Counted from the first letter of the stretch, positions 45,162 to 56,763 are shown. The stretch: DNA of 64,000 nucleotides from Longimicrobiales bacterium (GCA_963664435.2 CAXXKM010000002.1:288001-352000); one strand, 5' to 3'. The notes: generated by a model not told the origin, from the letters alone. Program-made: numbers and translations.

Positions 45162-47039
45162 ATGAGCCTGTCCGAGCGTCGATTCGCCTTCGCCGACCTG
45201 ATCGCCGAGTTGCGGCGCAGGCACGTCGTGCGCTTCGCCATCGGGTATTGTGCGGTCGCCTTCGTTCTCCTGCAGCTTGGGGAAATCGTCCTCCCGGCGT
45301 TCGGCATGGGCGAGTGGGGATTGCGCGTCCTCGTGATCGTGGTCGTGCTCGGCTTCCCGCCCGGGGTCGCGCTGGCCTGGGTCTACGAGCGCACCAGGGA
45401 GGGGATCCGGCGGACCCCCGACAGCCCGGCACAGGGCGTGCTCCCGCGCGTCGCATTTTTCGTGCTCACCATAGGGATTGCCGGCGGACTGGCGGGCTGG
45501 CTCTCGTCGCGTGGCGCCTTCACGCCCGGGAGCCGTCAGGAGGCGATCGCGCTGGAGGCCTACGATCCCGGCGATCCGATCACGTCGATCGCCGTGCTTC
45601 CCCTGGAGGACTTCTCCCGGGACGCGAGCGAGGCCTACTTCGTGGCGGGTCTGCAGGAGGAACTGACCTCGAGCCTGAGCCGGCTCGAATGGCTTCGCGT
45701 GGCGTCCCGGACCTCCACGATGCAGTACCAGGGCACGACCAGCTCCGCGCCGGTGATCGGCCGCGAACTCGGCGTCGACGCGCTGGTCGAGGGATCGGTG
45801 ACCCGCGCCGGGGACCAGGTGCGCATCACCCTCCAGCTCATCCACGCCGCGAGCGACTCGCACATTCAGACCTTCCGCTTCGACCGCGAAATGACCGACG
45901 TGCTCGCGCTCCAGAGCGAGGTGGCGATGGCGGTGGCATCGGAAATCCCGGGGATGCTCGAACGGCCGCAGGAGGTTGCGCTGGTCGCGGCCGGCGGCCC
46001 GAGCGTCGATCCGGCGGCACAGGAGGCCTACCTGAGGGGACGGTACCAGTTCAGGCTGGATACGCCCGAGGGATACCGCCGGGCCGTCGAGTACTTCCAG
46101 GAGGCCCTGCGCAGCGACTCGGGCTTTGCCCGGGCCCTCGCGGGTCTGGCCGGAGCGCGCTTCCTCGCCGACATCGAAGACGGCTTCCTGGACGCGGGAG
46201 AGGTGGGTCGGGCGAGCGAGGAAGCCACCCGCGCCCTGGCACTCGATCCGGGGTCTGACGAAGCCCGGGAGGTGGTCGAGTTCTTCGAGCGCAACCTCCC
46301 GGTTGGAGCACCCGCGGAGGGATTCGCGATTCCGGCCCCTGCCGAACCCGGAGCCGGCACTCGCGGAGTATCGCTCGCCGAGCTGGACACCGCCTGGGTC
46401 ATGGCCACAACGGGGATCGGCCGCGGCCTGGAGGATGCCGTGAGCCGCCGCATCCTGCAGTCGGCCCGCACTGACGCCGGGCGCCAGGTATTCGTGGCGC
46501 GCCGCCTGGCGGGGGACGGGCGTATCGATTCGGCCATCGAGGTGCTGGAGACGTTGCTGATCGACCATCCCAACGCCAGCCCGGCGTGGGAGACGCTGGC
46601 GCGCATGCACGCATCCGCGGGAGACGTCGCCGAGGCGGTAGCAACCATGCGCCGCTGGAACGCCTACGGGTGGCCGGATGCTCCTGACGCGGAGGCTGTC
46701 GACGAGCTCGAGCAGACGGTCGCGGCCGGTGGTACGACCGGGTACTGGTCCTGGCAGCTCGACCGGCTGAACACCATCCGGGCGGAGGGGCGGCGGGTTG
46801 CTCCCACCTCTATCGCCGAGGCGAGCCTCTGGTCCGGTGACGGTGAAGGCGCCCTCGATCAGCTCCGGGAGGCGCTCGAGACATCAGACCCCCGGCTCAT
46901 GATGTTGCGCACCGATCCCGCCTGGGACGCACTCCGAGGCGACCCGGCGTTCGGCGAGATCGTTCGGGAGGCGCGGGCTCGCTTCGCGCGGCCGGAGCGG
47001 GCGCGGGGCGGACGGGAACCGCGGCCGGATCCGCGATAG
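45162..47039 (+). CDS. Membrane-anchored TolB-like / TPR protein
   Basis: ELRRRHVVR plus TM helices, SIAVLPLE, LRVASRTS and AYLRGR TPRs. Confidence 0.8.
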   Translation: MSLSERRFAFADLIAELRRRHVVRFAIGYCAVAFVLLQLGEIVLPAFGMGEWGLRVLVIVVVLGFPPGVALAWVYERTREGIRRTPDSPAQGVLPRVAFFVLTIGIAGGLAGWLSSRGAFTPGSRQEAIALEAYDPGDPITSIAVLPLEDFSRDASEAYFVAGLQEELTSSLSRLEWLRVASRTSTMQYQGTTSSAPVIGRELGVDALVEGSVTRAGDQVRITLQLIHAASDSHIQTFRFDREMTDVLALQSEVAMAVASEIPGMLERPQEVALVAAGGPSVDPAAQEAYLRGRYQFRLDTPEGYRRAVEYFQEALRSDSGFARALAGLAGARFLADIEDGFLDAGEVGRASEEATRALALDPGSDEAREVVEFFERNLPVGAPAEGFAIPAPAEPGAGTRGVSLAELDTAWVMATTGIGRGLEDAVSRRILQSARTDAGRQVFVARRLAGDGRIDSAIEVLETLLIDHPNASPAWETLARMHASAGDVAEAVATMRRWNAYGWPDAPDAEAVDELEQTVAAGGTTGYWSWQLDRLNTIRAEGRRVAPTSIAEASLWSGDGEGALDQLREALETSDPRLMMLRTDPAWDALRGDPAFGEIVREARARFARPERARGGREPRPDPR

Positions 47040-47142
47040 CGCAGGTCTTCAACCCCGTTGCTTGCCCGGGATTCGGGGAAGGGTTTCATTCGGCGGGGCG
47101 GCCGGGGGCTGGCGCCGGCCGGCGCACACGCACGAATCACAC

Positions 47143-48042
47143 ATGGAGCAGGCGATGTCCGCGATCCCGTCGCGGCCTCTGGACTTCGGCGAAGTTCTCG
47201 ATCTCGGCTTCGGACTCTTCCGGCGCGATTATCGGCTCTACATGCCGCTCGCGCTGGTGGGTCTCGTGCCGACCATGGTGGCGACCGTGCTCCCGACCGC
47301 GTCCGCGATCGATCCGGAGGCCATCGCGGCCGACCCCGGCGCGATGCTGCCGTTCTTCGGGCTCGTGGCCGTCGGCATGGTGTTCTCGCTCCTCACCTGG
47401 GCGGCACTCGCGACGGCCATGGACGATCGGATGGGCGATCGGCCGGCCTCGATCGGGACCAGCTACACGCGGGCCATCACCGCCCTTCCCCGGCTGGTGG
47501 CCGCCGGCGTTCTCGCCGTGATGCTGCTGGCGGCGGCGATCTTCGCCCTGACCTTCCCCATGATGGCGCTCGTAGCCTTCGCCGCGCGCGCCGCTTCTCT
47601 CGCAGGCGCCCTCATCACGTCGCTCGTGGTCTTCGCGATGGCTGCGGTGGCCGTGGGATGGTGGGCGACGCACATCTTCATGCTCGTGCCCGCGACCGTG
47701 GTCGAAGGGCGCGGGCCTTTCGGGAGCCTGCGGCGGTCCTTCGGGCTGGTGCGTGGCAACCGGTTGCGGGCTTTATTCGTCGTGGTGGTCACCTGGTTCG
47801 TCACCGTCCTGCCCGGGCTGGCCGCGTACTCGCTGGCGGGGTCTGCCGGGGCCCTTTTCGCGTCGAATCCTGCCGAGACCATAGGCCTGGTTCGCTACTG
47901 GGCGATCCAGATCGTCGCGCTGGGCTTTCAGTCCGTGACCACTCCTCTGTGGATGGCGTGCGCCATGGTGCTCTTCGCGGACCTGAAGGCGCGGAGCGAA
48001 GGCACGGACCTCGAGGCCGCCGCCCGGGCCCTGGCGGGCTGA
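47143..48042 (+). CDS. Integral membrane protein
   Basis: RPLDFGEVLD, multiple TM helices, SLRRS..LVRG and DLKARSEG.DL. Confidence 0.75.
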   Translation: MEQAMSAIPSRPLDFGEVLDLGFGLFRRDYRLYMPLALVGLVPTMVATVLPTASAIDPEAIAADPGAMLPFFGLVAVGMVFSLLTWAALATAMDDRMGDRPASIGTSYTRAITALPRLVAAGVLAVMLLAAAIFALTFPMMALVAFAARAASLAGALITSLVVFAMAAVAVGWWATHIFMLVPATVVEGRGPFGSLRRSFGLVRGNRLRALFVVVVTWFVTVLPGLAAYSLAGSAGALFASNPAETIGLVRYWAIQIVALGFQSVTTPLWMACAMVLFADLKARSEGTDLEAAARALAG

Positions 48043-48684
48043 GTGTTGCAGGAAGAACTGCCTTCGGCCGAGGAAGTGTCCCAGGCGCTTGCGGCCATCC
48101 TGAGCGGATCGGACTTCGAGGCGTTCGAGGGCGGATTGATGCGTCGGGTGCTCACCGACCTGTGGAGGCGGTTCCGGGACTGGATCAGCGGCATCTTCCC
48201 GGAGATTCCAGAAGCGCAGGGCGAGCTGCTGACGATGATCATCGTGGCCCTCGGGCTCGGCGCGGTCGCAGTCGCCGTGGTGCGTGCGCTGCCGGAAGGG
48301 GATCCGCGATCGGCGCGACGTGATCCGGACGCGGTGCCCGACGAGCGTCGCACGGCTCGGGACTGGCTTCGCATCGCCGGCCAGCAGGCACGCGCGGCGG
48401 CATACCGGCAAGCCGCCACGGCGCTGTATCAGGGGTTCGTCCTCACGCTCGAACGCAGGGGCGCGGTGGAGTACCATCCCTCCAAGACCCCCGGGGAGTA
48501 TGCGCTGGAAGCGGCCGGAGCCCCGGGATTGGACGACCCGGAGAAAGCCGGCAGCGCCGACTTCATCCGCTCCTTTCAGGAACTCGCCTTCGGCCAGGAC
48601 ACCCCCACGCTCTCCGGCTACGACAGTCTGGAGCGGCTGGCCGGGCGGGCCGGATGCGAAGCGACCCGGGACGCCGGGAGGTGA
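48043..48684 (+). CDS. DUF4129-domain protein
   Basis: One TM helix, A..LY, KTPGEY and F..LAFG; typical member of a MoxR cluster. Confidence 0.7.
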   Translation: MLQEELPSAEEVSQALAAILSGSDFEAFEGGLMRRVLTDLWRRFRDWISGIFPEIPEAQGELLTMIIVALGLGAVAVAVVRALPEGDPRSARRDPDAVPDERRTARDWLRIAGQQARAAAYRQAATALYQGFVLTLERRGAVEYHPSKTPGEYALEAAGAPGLDDPEKAGSADFIRSFQELAFGQDTPTLSGYDSLERLAGRAGCEATRDAGR

Positions 48685-50045
48685 CTCGGGGACGGGCCCG
48701 TCCGCGGGCCGAGACCGCTGCGGGCGGCGGGCGCCTGCCGCGAAACTCGCCCTCGCGCGCGGCGGGATGGGGCGTGCTGGCCGGGATCGCAGTCGTCACG
48801 CTGCTCCTCGCGCTGACGGCGTTCGCGCTGCGCCCCTCGGGCTCCGCCGCCGGCGACAGCCGCCGCAGCGCGCTGCGCACCACCCCCGACGGGGTCGCGG
48901 GGCTGTATCGCGCGATTGCGCGCCTGGGACCTCCCACTGCGATCCGGGTAACGCCGCTCGTCGACGCCGAGCCCCTGCGCGGGACCCTGGTGATGCTTCA
49001 ACCGGTGCGGCGTCCAAGTCCGCGCGAGGTCCACGAGCTGCTGGAGTGGGTGCGGGGCGGGGGCACCCTGATCCACGCCCCGCGCGGCGCGTCGCCCATC
49101 CTGGACTCGCTCGGGCTGGTGCGCCGCACGTTCCCTGAAAGCGTCGACTCCGCGGAAGCACCGGCACCGGGCGCGTCGTCGGATCCGGAGCTCGACGATG
49201 GTTCCCTCTGGAGCGGGGATCACCCTCTCACCGAAGGACTGCCGACGGCCCGCGCGGCGCGTTACGCGATCGCGCCCGACACGGCCTCGGGAGCGACCGA
49301 CGAACAGGACGAGGCGGACGAGGACGAAGAAGAGGACAGACCGGACGAGGACGAGGAGCCGGGGCCGCCTCCGGTGCCCCACCATCCCCTGCTCCTGTCC
49401 GCCCCCGACTCGGCCGGACATCGCTGGGCGGTCGCCGTCTCGATTCCGCTGCGCGAGGGGCGCATCATCAGCTTCGCCGACGCCGCACCGCTCTCCAACC
49501 GCTTCGCCGGCGAGGCGCCTCTGGCCGTGTTGGCGGTCCGCGCCGCCATCGCCGGGACGAGCCCCGGGGATTCCGTCTTCTTCGACGAGTTCAGCCAGGG
49601 ACTGGGGGCATCGCGCTCCCCCGCGCGCGCCACCGTGGACTTCCTGATCGGTACGCCCGTCGGCCGGGCCTCGCTTCACCTGGGCGTGGTCGTCCTCCTC
49701 GCGTTCCTCTGCGCCGGGCTGCGCTTCGGGGCGCCACTGGCTCCGGCCGGCGGACCGCGACGATCCGCGCTTGAGCACGTGACGGCTCTCGCGGCCGTAT
49801 ACGAGAGTGCGCAGGCCCGCGAGACGGCGGCCGTCCTGATGCTCGGGCGACTTGCCCGCGCCTCGCATCTCCCGCCTCCTCATGACCTCGCGGAGGCCGA
49901 GCGGCTCCTGGGGCGACTGGAGAAGCGAACCGGGCGGCGCCGGGCTCTGCGGCTCATCCGCCGGGGCCTCGCGGCCAGTCCCGTGGACCTGGTTCAGGTC
50001 GCCCGGGGCATCGACAACCACACCCAAAGGAGACACTCCGCATGA
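48681..50045 (+). CDS. DUF4350-domain protein
   Basis: [21 protein letters not shown] and EHVTALA..Y. Confidence 0.7.
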   Translation: MTRGRARPRAETAAGGGRLPRNSPSRAAGWGVLAGIAVVTLLLALTAFALRPSGSAAGDSRRSALRTTPDGVAGLYRAIARLGPPTAIRVTPLVDAEPLRGTLVMLQPVRRPSPREVHELLEWVRGGGTLIHAPRGASPILDSLGLVRRTFPESVDSAEAPAPGASSDPELDDGSLWSGDHPLTEGLPTARAARYAIAPDTASGATDEQDEADEDEEEDRPDEDEEPGPPPVPHHPLLLSAPDSAGHRWAVAVSIPLREGRIISFADAAPLSNRFAGEAPLAVLAVRAAIAGTSPGDSVFFDEFSQGLGASRSPARATVDFLIGTPVGRASLHLGVVVLLAFLCAGLRFGAPLAPAGGPRRSALEHVTALAAVYESAQARETAAVLMLGRLARASHLPPPHDLAEAERLLGRLEKRTGRRRALRLIRRGLAASPVDLVQVARGIDNHTQRRHSA

Positions 50046-50989
50046 ATTCGCCGGATCCGGCGCTTCGCCTGCTCGCCGCCCTCGACCAGATCGTGCTCGG
50101 CCAGGCCACCATGCTCAGGCAGATGATGATCACCCTCCTCGCCCGCGGACACGCTCTCGTCGAAGGCGTCCCCGGAACGGCGAAGACGCTGGCGGTGCGG
50201 GCGCTCGCCCGGGGGCTGAGCCTGGACTTCGGCCGGGTGCAGTTCACCCCGGACCTTATGCCCACCGACCTCACAGGGGTGAACGTCCTCGATGATTCCG
50301 GACGCGACTTCACCTACCGGCCGGGGCCCGTCTTCGCCGATCTCCTGCTGGCCGACGAGATCAACCGGGCGCCCGCCAAGACCCAGGCCGCGCTGCTCGA
50401 GTCGATGGAGGAGCGGCAGGTCACGGTGGACGGCGTAACCCGTCCGCTTCCGAACGCCTTCACCGTGTTCGCCACCCAGAACCCGGTCGAGTACGAGGGC
50501 ACCTACCCGCTCCCGGAAGCGCAGGTGGACCGCTTTCTGATGAAGATCTCGGTGGATTATCCCTCCGAGGAGGCCGAACGGCGCATCCTCGACCGCCACG
50601 ATGCCGGCTTCCGCGCGGACGACGAGGGTACCTATCCGCTGGGCGAGCCGGTGTCCCGGGAGGAGCTGCTGGCGATGCGCGACACCGTCAACCGCATGCA
50701 CGTGGACGAGCGCATCCGCCGCTACATCACCGACATCGTGCGCGCGACGCGCGAGGAATCGGTCTTCGCGCTGGGGGCGAGCCCGCGCGCCGGGGTGGCC
50801 CTGTTGCAGGCGGCCAAGGCCGAGGCCTGGCTCAGCGGACGGGACTTCGCCATCCCCGACGACGTGAAGGCGCTCTCCTTCCCGATCCTCCGCCACCGGG
50901 TGGTCCTCACTCCCGAAGCGGAGGTGGAGGGTCGGTCCTCCGACGACGAAGTGGCCGCGTTGCTCGAAACCCTGAACGCGCCCCGATAG
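50042..50989 (+). CDS. MoxR-family AAA+ ATPase
   Basis: [25 protein letters not shown] and [19 protein letters not shown]. Confidence 0.95.
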   Translation: MNSPDPALRLLAALDQIVLGQATMLRQMMITLLARGHALVEGVPGTAKTLAVRALARGLSLDFGRVQFTPDLMPTDLTGVNVLDDSGRDFTYRPGPVFADLLLADEINRAPAKTQAALLESMEERQVTVDGVTRPLPNAFTVFATQNPVEYEGTYPLPEAQVDRFLMKISVDYPSEEAERRILDRHDAGFRADDEGTYPLGEPVSREELLAMRDTVNRMHVDERIRRYITDIVRATREESVFALGASPRAGVALLQAAKAEAWLSGRDFAIPDDVKALSFPILRHRVVLTPEAEVEGRSSDDEVAALLETLNAPR

Positions 50990-50995
50990 GAGCCC

Positions 50996-52342
50996 GTGGA
51001 CCAACTCCCCCCGGCCTTCGAGAGGCAATACATCCGCGCTGTCCCGAGCCGGCGCGCCCTCTGGCTGCTCGCGTTGGCTTCGCCGCTGTTCATGGTCTCG
51101 GTTCCAGTCGCGCTCCTGGCCGATCTGGTCATCGCGGGGCTGATCCTGATGGACGCACGCCGGACACGGACTCCCGAGGTGAGCCGGCGGGCTCCCGAGG
51201 TGGCCGCGCTGGGCACCTTCGGAGAAGCGGTCGTCGAGCTCGCCAACCCTGCCCCGCGCGCCGTCCGCGTGATGCTCACCGACGACATCGATGCCAGGTT
51301 CGAGCGCCGGGACGCCCCGCGGCGCCACGAGGACTGGAACGCGGGCGTGCGGCTGACCGTGCCGCCCGGCGGGTCGGTCTCGCGGTCCTACCGGATCCGT
51401 CCGCGTGCGCGGGGCTTCCTGGAACTGGGCGACCTGCACCTGCGCGCGCTGGGCCCGCTCGGCCTGGCGTGGACGCGCGTCACCGTGCCGGCGAGCGATG
51501 TGGTGCGCGTTCAGCCTGGCATCCGTGACTTCCTGCGGGACAGAAAGCACAGCCTTCGCCGCCCGCTCCACGAGATGGGACCGCGGCGCACCCGCATGCG
51601 CGCGGAGGGCACCGAGTTCGAGAGCCTCCGAGAGTACGCCAGGGGGGACGATCCGCGCACCATCGACTGGAAGGCCTCCGCCAGGCGCCGGCACTTCGTG
51701 GTGCGCAACTACCAGGCGGAACGCGGACAGCACATCGTCCTCGCCATCGACGCGGGCCGTCACATGCGCGAGACCATCCTGGACCGCGAGCGCGCCGACA
51801 TCGCGCTGGCCGCGTCCATGCTGCTGGCCAGCCGCGCGCAGGCCTACGGCGACCGCCTCGGGGTGATGGTCTTCGACGAGCGCATCCGCCATCTGTCGGC
51901 GCCGCGGCGGGTGAACCTCTCCCGGCTCGCGGAGACGCTCACCGGGGTCCAGACGCGCCTGGTGGAGCCGAACTACCCCCTCGCCATGGCCAGGCTGAGC
52001 CGAACCTTCAGAAAGCGGTCGCTGGTGGTGCTCTTCTCCGACGTGATCGACGAGACGGTTTCGCGGGCCCTGGTGCGCTCGCTGGGCCGGGTGGCGCGCG
52101 CGCATCTGCCGCTTGCCGTGACCATCGGCAACCCGGGCCTGGAGGAAGCGGCCGGCCAGGTGGTGAGAACCGACGCCGACGCGTTCCGCCGGGCGGCCGC
52201 GGCCGAACTGGTGCAGGCGCGCGCGCTGGCGCTTCAGGCCATGCGCCGTTCCGGAATCCTCGTGGTCGACGTGCCACCCGCCCAAACGCTCGCGGCCACG
52301 CTCGACAAGTACATGGAGGTCAAGGAGCGGGGGCTGCTGTAG
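50996..52342 (+). CDS. DUF58 (VWA-like) protein
   Basis: [20 protein letters not shown]. Confidence 0.9.
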   Translation: MDQLPPAFERQYIRAVPSRRALWLLALASPLFMVSVPVALLADLVIAGLILMDARRTRTPEVSRRAPEVAALGTFGEAVVELANPAPRAVRVMLTDDIDARFERRDAPRRHEDWNAGVRLTVPPGGSVSRSYRIRPRARGFLELGDLHLRALGPLGLAWTRVTVPASDVVRVQPGIRDFLRDRKHSLRRPLHEMGPRRTRMRAEGTEFESLREYARGDDPRTIDWKASARRRHFVVRNYQAERGQHIVLAIDAGRHMRETILDRERADIALAASMLLASRAQAYGDRLGVMVFDERIRHLSAPRRVNLSRLAETLTGVQTRLVEPNYPLAMARLSRTFRKRSLVVLFSDVIDETVSRALVRSLGRVARAHLPLAVTIGNPGLEEAAGQVVRTDADAFRRAAAAELVQARALALQAMRRSGILVVDVPPAQTLAATLDKYMEVKERGLL

Positions 52343-52391
52343 AGGCTCGGGGGCGCCCCTCTCCCGGGATTCGCCGACGCCCCCGGGATCA

Positions 52392-54143
52392 TTACGCCGG
52401 GTTCGTCTTCGCCCGGCCGGCCGCCGTGAAGTAGACCGCCAGCAGCAGCGCGGTCGCTCCACCGAAGGCGAACTTGGCGGCCGCCGGGAGGCCCGACGGG
52501 GAATAGAAGCCCTCGACGATCCCCGCGATCACCAGCAACCCGACCACTCCCGCGAGGAGGGAGAGCGCTTCCCGCCCTCGCGCGTGCAACGCCGCCCGGC
52601 GTGTGCGGCGACCCGGCGCCAGGACGGCGGAGCCGAGCCACAGCCCGGCGCCGCCCGCCAGGCAGATGGCGGTGAGCTCCATGAAGCCGTGGGGGAAGAC
52701 GAACGCCAGAATGACCCCCAGCAGCCCTTCGTTCGCGTAGAGCCCCAGAACCGTGCCCAGGTGCACGCCGTTGAAGACCAGCAGCAGCACGGTCAGCGAT
52801 CCCGCCAGAACGCCGCCCGCGAAGGCCAGCAGGGCAACCTGCACGTTGTTGGTGATGAGGCTCGTTGAGGCCAGCGGCATGAGCGTGCCCGGGATGTCGA
52901 CGTATTCGGCGTCGATGTCTCCCGCCGGGGTCGACTCCGCCCGCTCCAGCATGGCCGACGAGGTCATGTAGCGGGCCTGGACCGGATTCGACCGCACGAT
53001 GCCGTACGAGATGCCCATGGGGCCAAAGAGCAGCAGGACCGCAAGCAGGATGGGCCGTTGGTGCGTCCTGACCGCCCCTGGGAAACCGGATGCCAACCAG
53101 CGGCGCACCGAAACGATCGACTCCCCGGTGACCCGGTAGAGGAGATTGTGGCCGGCTCCGGCCCAGCGTTCCAGGCTGCGCAGCACCGACGCGGGGGCAC
53201 CGTACGTGCGGGCGCGTGCCAGGTCCGCGGTCATCCCGCGATACAGACGGCCGAAGGTCCTGAGTTCCCGCTCCGGAAGCTGCTTCAGCCCACCCCTTCG
53301 ACTCTCCCGCAGCAGCTCGGCGTACCGGGCCCATTCCTGTCGCTGCTCCCGCACCAGTGCGGCCGCCTGCAACCCCCACACGCCGCCCGCCGCGGCCCGG
53401 CGGGGTTCCTCCTCGTCGTGCAGCTGAACCAGGAGCTCGTCGGCCGTCACCGCTCCGAGCAGGGAATGGCCCTCGACGGACGGACGGATCGCCTGCAACA
53501 CCGCGCTCGCAACCGAGCGCATCGCCTCGGGCGCCAGGTCGTCGCGGCGGCGGCGATAGTTGCTCAGCAGTTCGAACTGCTCGGCCGAGAGGAGCGGGCG
53601 ACCGGCGGCCGGGACGGGCGAGGCTTCGGGCCAGGTCACTTCGCCCGCGCCGCCGTCACGCACCACGATGGTGTCGGCGGCCAGGTCGCCCAGTCGCTGG
53701 GAGCGGCCGGTGAGCATGATCACGCCCCCGCCGAGCACGCCTGTCACGGCCGGCTGGAAGTCGACGATGCGCAGCACGTTGCGGATCACCGAGCCACGCA
53801 CCGAGAGGGGCTGGCCGTTGGAGTGGAGCACGCGCAGGCGGAGCGCGCGTTTTCCGGGCGTCTGGCCGTCGCGCAGCAGCTCGAACAGCAGGAAATATCC
53901 CCACTGCAGCGCGAAGAAGCCGAGCACCAGTACGCTCGCGGCGAGACTCTCGCCCAGGGACAATCCGCCACCCCGCAGCAGCGCGTTGGCCATCGCGAAC
54001 AGGATCAGACCGCCCATGACGATCGCCATGTCGATCAGCAGAGCCGCCAGCCGCGAGCCCACGTCGGCCAGCTCGTAGTCCAGTCGGACGTGCTCGGGCG
54101 TCTCCACCCGGAGCCGGCGTCCCGCTGACGGCTTCTCCGACAC
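52392..54143 (-). CDS. RDD-family + SpoIIM-family fusion membrane protein
   Basis: N-terminal RLAALLID, GQTPGK and QRLGD (RDD); C-terminal NNVQVA, FNG and PHG..EL (SpoIIM). Confidence 0.85.
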   Translation of the reverse strand: MSEKPSAGRRLRVETPEHVRLDYELADVGSRLAALLIDMAIVMGGLILFAMANALLRGGGLSLGESLAASVLVLGFFALQWGYFLLFELLRDGQTPGKRALRLRVLHSNGQPLSVRGSVIRNVLRIVDFQPAVTGVLGGGVIMLTGRSQRLGDLAADTIVVRDGGAGEVTWPEASPVPAAGRPLLSAEQFELLSNYRRRRDDLAPEAMRSVASAVLQAIRPSVEGHSLLGAVTADELLVQLHDEEEPRRAAAGGVWGLQAAALVREQRQEWARYAELLRESRRGGLKQLPERELRTFGRLYRGMTADLARARTYGAPASVLRSLERWAGAGHNLLYRVTGESIVSVRRWLASGFPGAVRTHQRPILLAVLLLFGPMGISYGIVRSNPVQARYMTSSAMLERAESTPAGDIDAEYVDIPGTLMPLASTSLITNNVQVALLAFAGGVLAGSLTVLLLVFNGVHLGTVLGLYANEGLLGVILAFVFPHGFMELTAICLAGGAGLWLGSAVLAPGRRTRRAALHARGREALSLLAGVVGLLVIAGIVEGFYSPSGLPAAAKFAFGGATALLLAVYFTAAGRAKTNPA

Positions 54144-54151
54144 TGCGGAGC

Positions 54152-54574
54152 TTATGCGGCGGGCTCTGCGAACGACAGGGGAACCCGGCGGTGGCCGCGC
54201 TTCACGCGGTACAGGGCGAAGCGTCGCCTGTCCAGGGTGAACACCCTGTGGATCCTTAAGCGCTCCGCCGTGGCCACGATGGAGGCATCGGCGAAGTCCA
54301 TCGCCATGTCCGAGTACCGGTCCATGAGCTGGAAGCCGCGCATCAGGCTCTCGTCGTCCATCGGCAGAACCCGGAGCCCGCCCTGCCGCACGAACTCCAC
54401 GAGCCTGGGAGGACCCTGGCTTCCCGGCCGCAGGAGATGGAACGCCTCCGTGAGGACGGGCGCGGTCGTCACCAGCTCCTCGTTCACCGACTCCAGAACG
54501 GAGACGCAGTGCCGATGGTAGTCGTCGGCGGGAGTGAAGAGGGCCACCAGCGGTCCGGTGTCGACCAGAATCAC
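54152..54574 (-). CDS. vapC: PIN-domain toxin (VapC-like)
   Basis: ILVDTG, VLTE, MDFADAS and FTLD. Confidence 0.85.
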   Translation of the reverse strand: MILVDTGPLVALFTPADDYHRHCVSVLESVNEELVTTAPVLTEAFHLLRPGSQGPPRLVEFVRQGGLRVLPMDDESLMRGFQLMDRYSDMAMDFADASIVATAERLRIHRVFTLDRRRFALYRVKRGHRRVPLSFAEPAA

Positions 54575-54834
54575 GATGCGTGCCTCCGTCGAATCACGAG
54601 CACCACCGCCTGCTTCGCCCGGGAGGAGGGCGCCAAGGCGTACCCGCCGGATGGAGGCAGGGGGATACTCCTGTAGACGTCGTACGGGCGCCGGGCGGCC
54701 TCCCTGTCCAGCTCCGCCGCAAGGGTGCGCAGCGCCTGCCGGATCACCTCCGAAATGGACAGGCCGGTCCGCTCGCGCAGATCGGCCAGGGTCATCTCCC
54801 CTTCCTCCCCGAGTCGCACCGTCCGAATCGCCAT
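54571..54834 (-). CDS. RHH/CopG-type antitoxin (VapB-like)
   Basis: TVRL...SISEVIRQAL; GTGA overlap with the PIN gene. Confidence 0.75.
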   Translation of the reverse strand: MAIRTVRLGEEGEMTLADLRERTGLSISEVIRQALRTLAAELDREAARRPYDVYRSIPLPPSGGYALAPSSRAKQAVVLVIRRRHAS

Positions 54835-54993
54835 CCAGCAACTGCCCCCGGCCAGAGGGAGGAGATCGCCGAGAACTCGAGCGCGACCACGGAGGCCGGC
54901 GCCGGCTCGCCCGGACGACAGGCGCCGATGCCCCGATCCCCCCTGCTTCGTGGGCATCGCGGCACGCCAATCGCATTCGCGAAAAGCCCGATC

Positions 54994-55011
54994 GTATTAC
55001 GACTGTAATAC
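54994..55011. promoter_or_regulatory. Palindrome GTATTAC-N4-GTAATAC (putative TA operator)
   Basis: AT-rich inverted repeat upstream of the antitoxin gene. Confidence 0.5.
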
Positions 55012-55180
55012 AGTGCGGCGGTCACAACAAACCGGGGATGCTGTGACGTGCCGTCGGGGTGGCGAGAGTTCGCTCGGGGCCGGCGCAACCCGGGCGTGGG
55101 GGGCGCAGAACGCGACGTGCATCATCCTTTCCGGCCCGTGGTCCTGTCAGCGGTGTACAACCCGGGCGCGGAGAGTCCTC

Positions 55181-56020
55181 TCAGCGAGGCGGCGCGGAGC
55201 CCGTGGGTTGGCCTTCGCCGGTAACCGCGGGCTGGGGCTGCCAGGCGGCCGGGCTGGTGAGGTGCAGGGTGAGGCTCCCGGGCAGAACCGGAATGTTCGA
55301 TTTCATGTACACGAGGGCCCGGCGGTCGTCGTCGCTGAAGTAGAGTTCCGCCTCGCCCCCCTCGCCGAAGATTCCCCGGGTGCGGATGATGGGCTGCACC
55401 ACGATGGTCTGGAAGATGCCCGCGGGGACTTCCTTCTCCTCCTTGCGCAGCACCCGTATGACCACCGGATTCCCCGTGTCCTTGAAGTACCTGTTGAAGG
55501 TGTAGACATCGCCCACTTCCAGCGGAAGAGTGCGGATGAAGTAGACGAACGAGATGTCGTCGAGAGGGAGCGACGTGGGCAGGTCACCCGTTTCCTCGTC
55601 GTCCCTCCGTTCCCAGACCCCGCGCTCCGGGAACATCTCGTAGTGCCGATAGCGCTGCGACCCCACTTCGTCCTGGTCCTGGATGAAGCGGTGGCTGGTC
55701 AGCGTGCGGGTGTCGAACCAGGTCTGGAACTCGTCGTGCACCCGAGCGAAAAGTATGCCGCCGTCGATGCTCATGATGGCGTGGTACGCCGGGTTGCCCC
55801 GGACCGAATCGATCGCGGCGACCTCCAGCGATCCTTCCCCGGCGTTGAAGATCCCGAGCTTGACCTTGTATTCCAGGCGCTCGCCCACATCGAACGGCAC
55901 GGGAGCCTCGAGGGGCTCCGCCGGCGTGATCCAGGGCACGGGTGCCTGCGCGCGGGCGTGGGCCGGCGAGACCGCGGCGAGTCCCAGCGCGAGCGCGACG
56001 AGAGAGGTCGCGCGCGTCAT
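55181..56020 (-). CDS. DUF3108-like exported protein
   Basis: Signal peptide, GERLEY, D.IS..Y.IR and VPAG.F. Confidence 0.7.
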   Translation of the reverse strand: MTRATSLVALALGLAAVSPAHARAQAPVPWITPAEPLEAPVPFDVGERLEYKVKLGIFNAGEGSLEVAAIDSVRGNPAYHAIMSIDGGILFARVHDEFQTWFDTRTLTSHRFIQDQDEVGSQRYRHYEMFPERGVWERRDDEETGDLPTSLPLDDISFVYFIRTLPLEVGDVYTFNRYFKDTGNPVVIRVLRKEEKEVPAGIFQTIVVQPIIRTRGIFGEGGEAELYFSDDDRRALVYMKSNIPVLPGSLTLHLTSPAAWQPQPAVTGEGQPTGSAPPR

Positions 56021-56763
56021 GATCCCTGCGCTGCGGCGAAGGTTACCCGGCCGCGGGCCCGGCCCAGCCCCCGCAGCGTGCGCCAGGCCCGGAAACGCGA
56101 GCGGCGCACCCGCCGGTTGCGGGGTTCTTCGACCACGGCCTCCGCGACCGCGCGGGCGTGGGGAAGCGCGCGCCCGAGCAACTCCAGGTTGCCGGCCCAG
56201 CCCTCCCCGAGCCCGAACCCCTCCTCGCTCGCTTCGGCAAACATCTTCCGAAGCACCACGACGCGATACGCCCGGAAGCCACCGAACGGATCCGACACGG
56301 GCGCCGACCGGAGCGCCCCTCGCAACCAGTGGCGCCCCACCCAGCGGGTGAAGCGGGCCGAGCGGGTCAGTCCGGGCGGCTCCCCGGCGTAGGCCGCGCT
56401 GACGATGTCCGCGCCCCCTTCGATGGTCTTCATGAGGGGCACGATGCCCGCCGGGTCCTCGCTGAAATCGGCCTGAAGGGTCAGGGCCACGTCCCGCTTC
56501 GGATACTCCGCCCGGCGCGCGGCCTGGCGCAGCAGTTCTTCCGTGGCCCCCGAATAGCCCATTCTCTTCTTGCCGTAGAGGATCACGAGCGGTACGACGC
56601 GCCGGTAGCTCGACAGCAGCGAGCGCGTGTCGTCGCTCGAGCCGTCGTCGAGCACGAGAATCTCGTAGTCGCGCCCGAAGCCGGCCATGACCTGCCGGAC
56701 CTTCCAGAGAAGCACGCCGATGGTGTTCTCTTCGTTGCGAGCGGGTATGCAGATGTAGACCAA
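56017..56763 (-). CDS. Glycosyltransferase family 2
   Basis: IPARNEE and DDGSSDDT. Confidence 0.85.
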   Translation of the reverse strand: MVYICIPARNEENTIGVLLWKVRQVMAGFGRDYEILVLDDGSSDDTRSLLSSYRRVVPLVILYGKKRMGYSGATEELLRQAARRAEYPKRDVALTLQADFSEDPAGIVPLMKTIEGGADIVSAAYAGEPPGLTRSARFTRWVGRHWLRGALRSAPVSDPFGGFRAYRVVVLRKMFAEASEEGFGLGEGWAGNLELLGRALPHARAVAEAVVEEPRNRRVRRSRFRAWRTLRGLGRARGRVTFAAAQGS

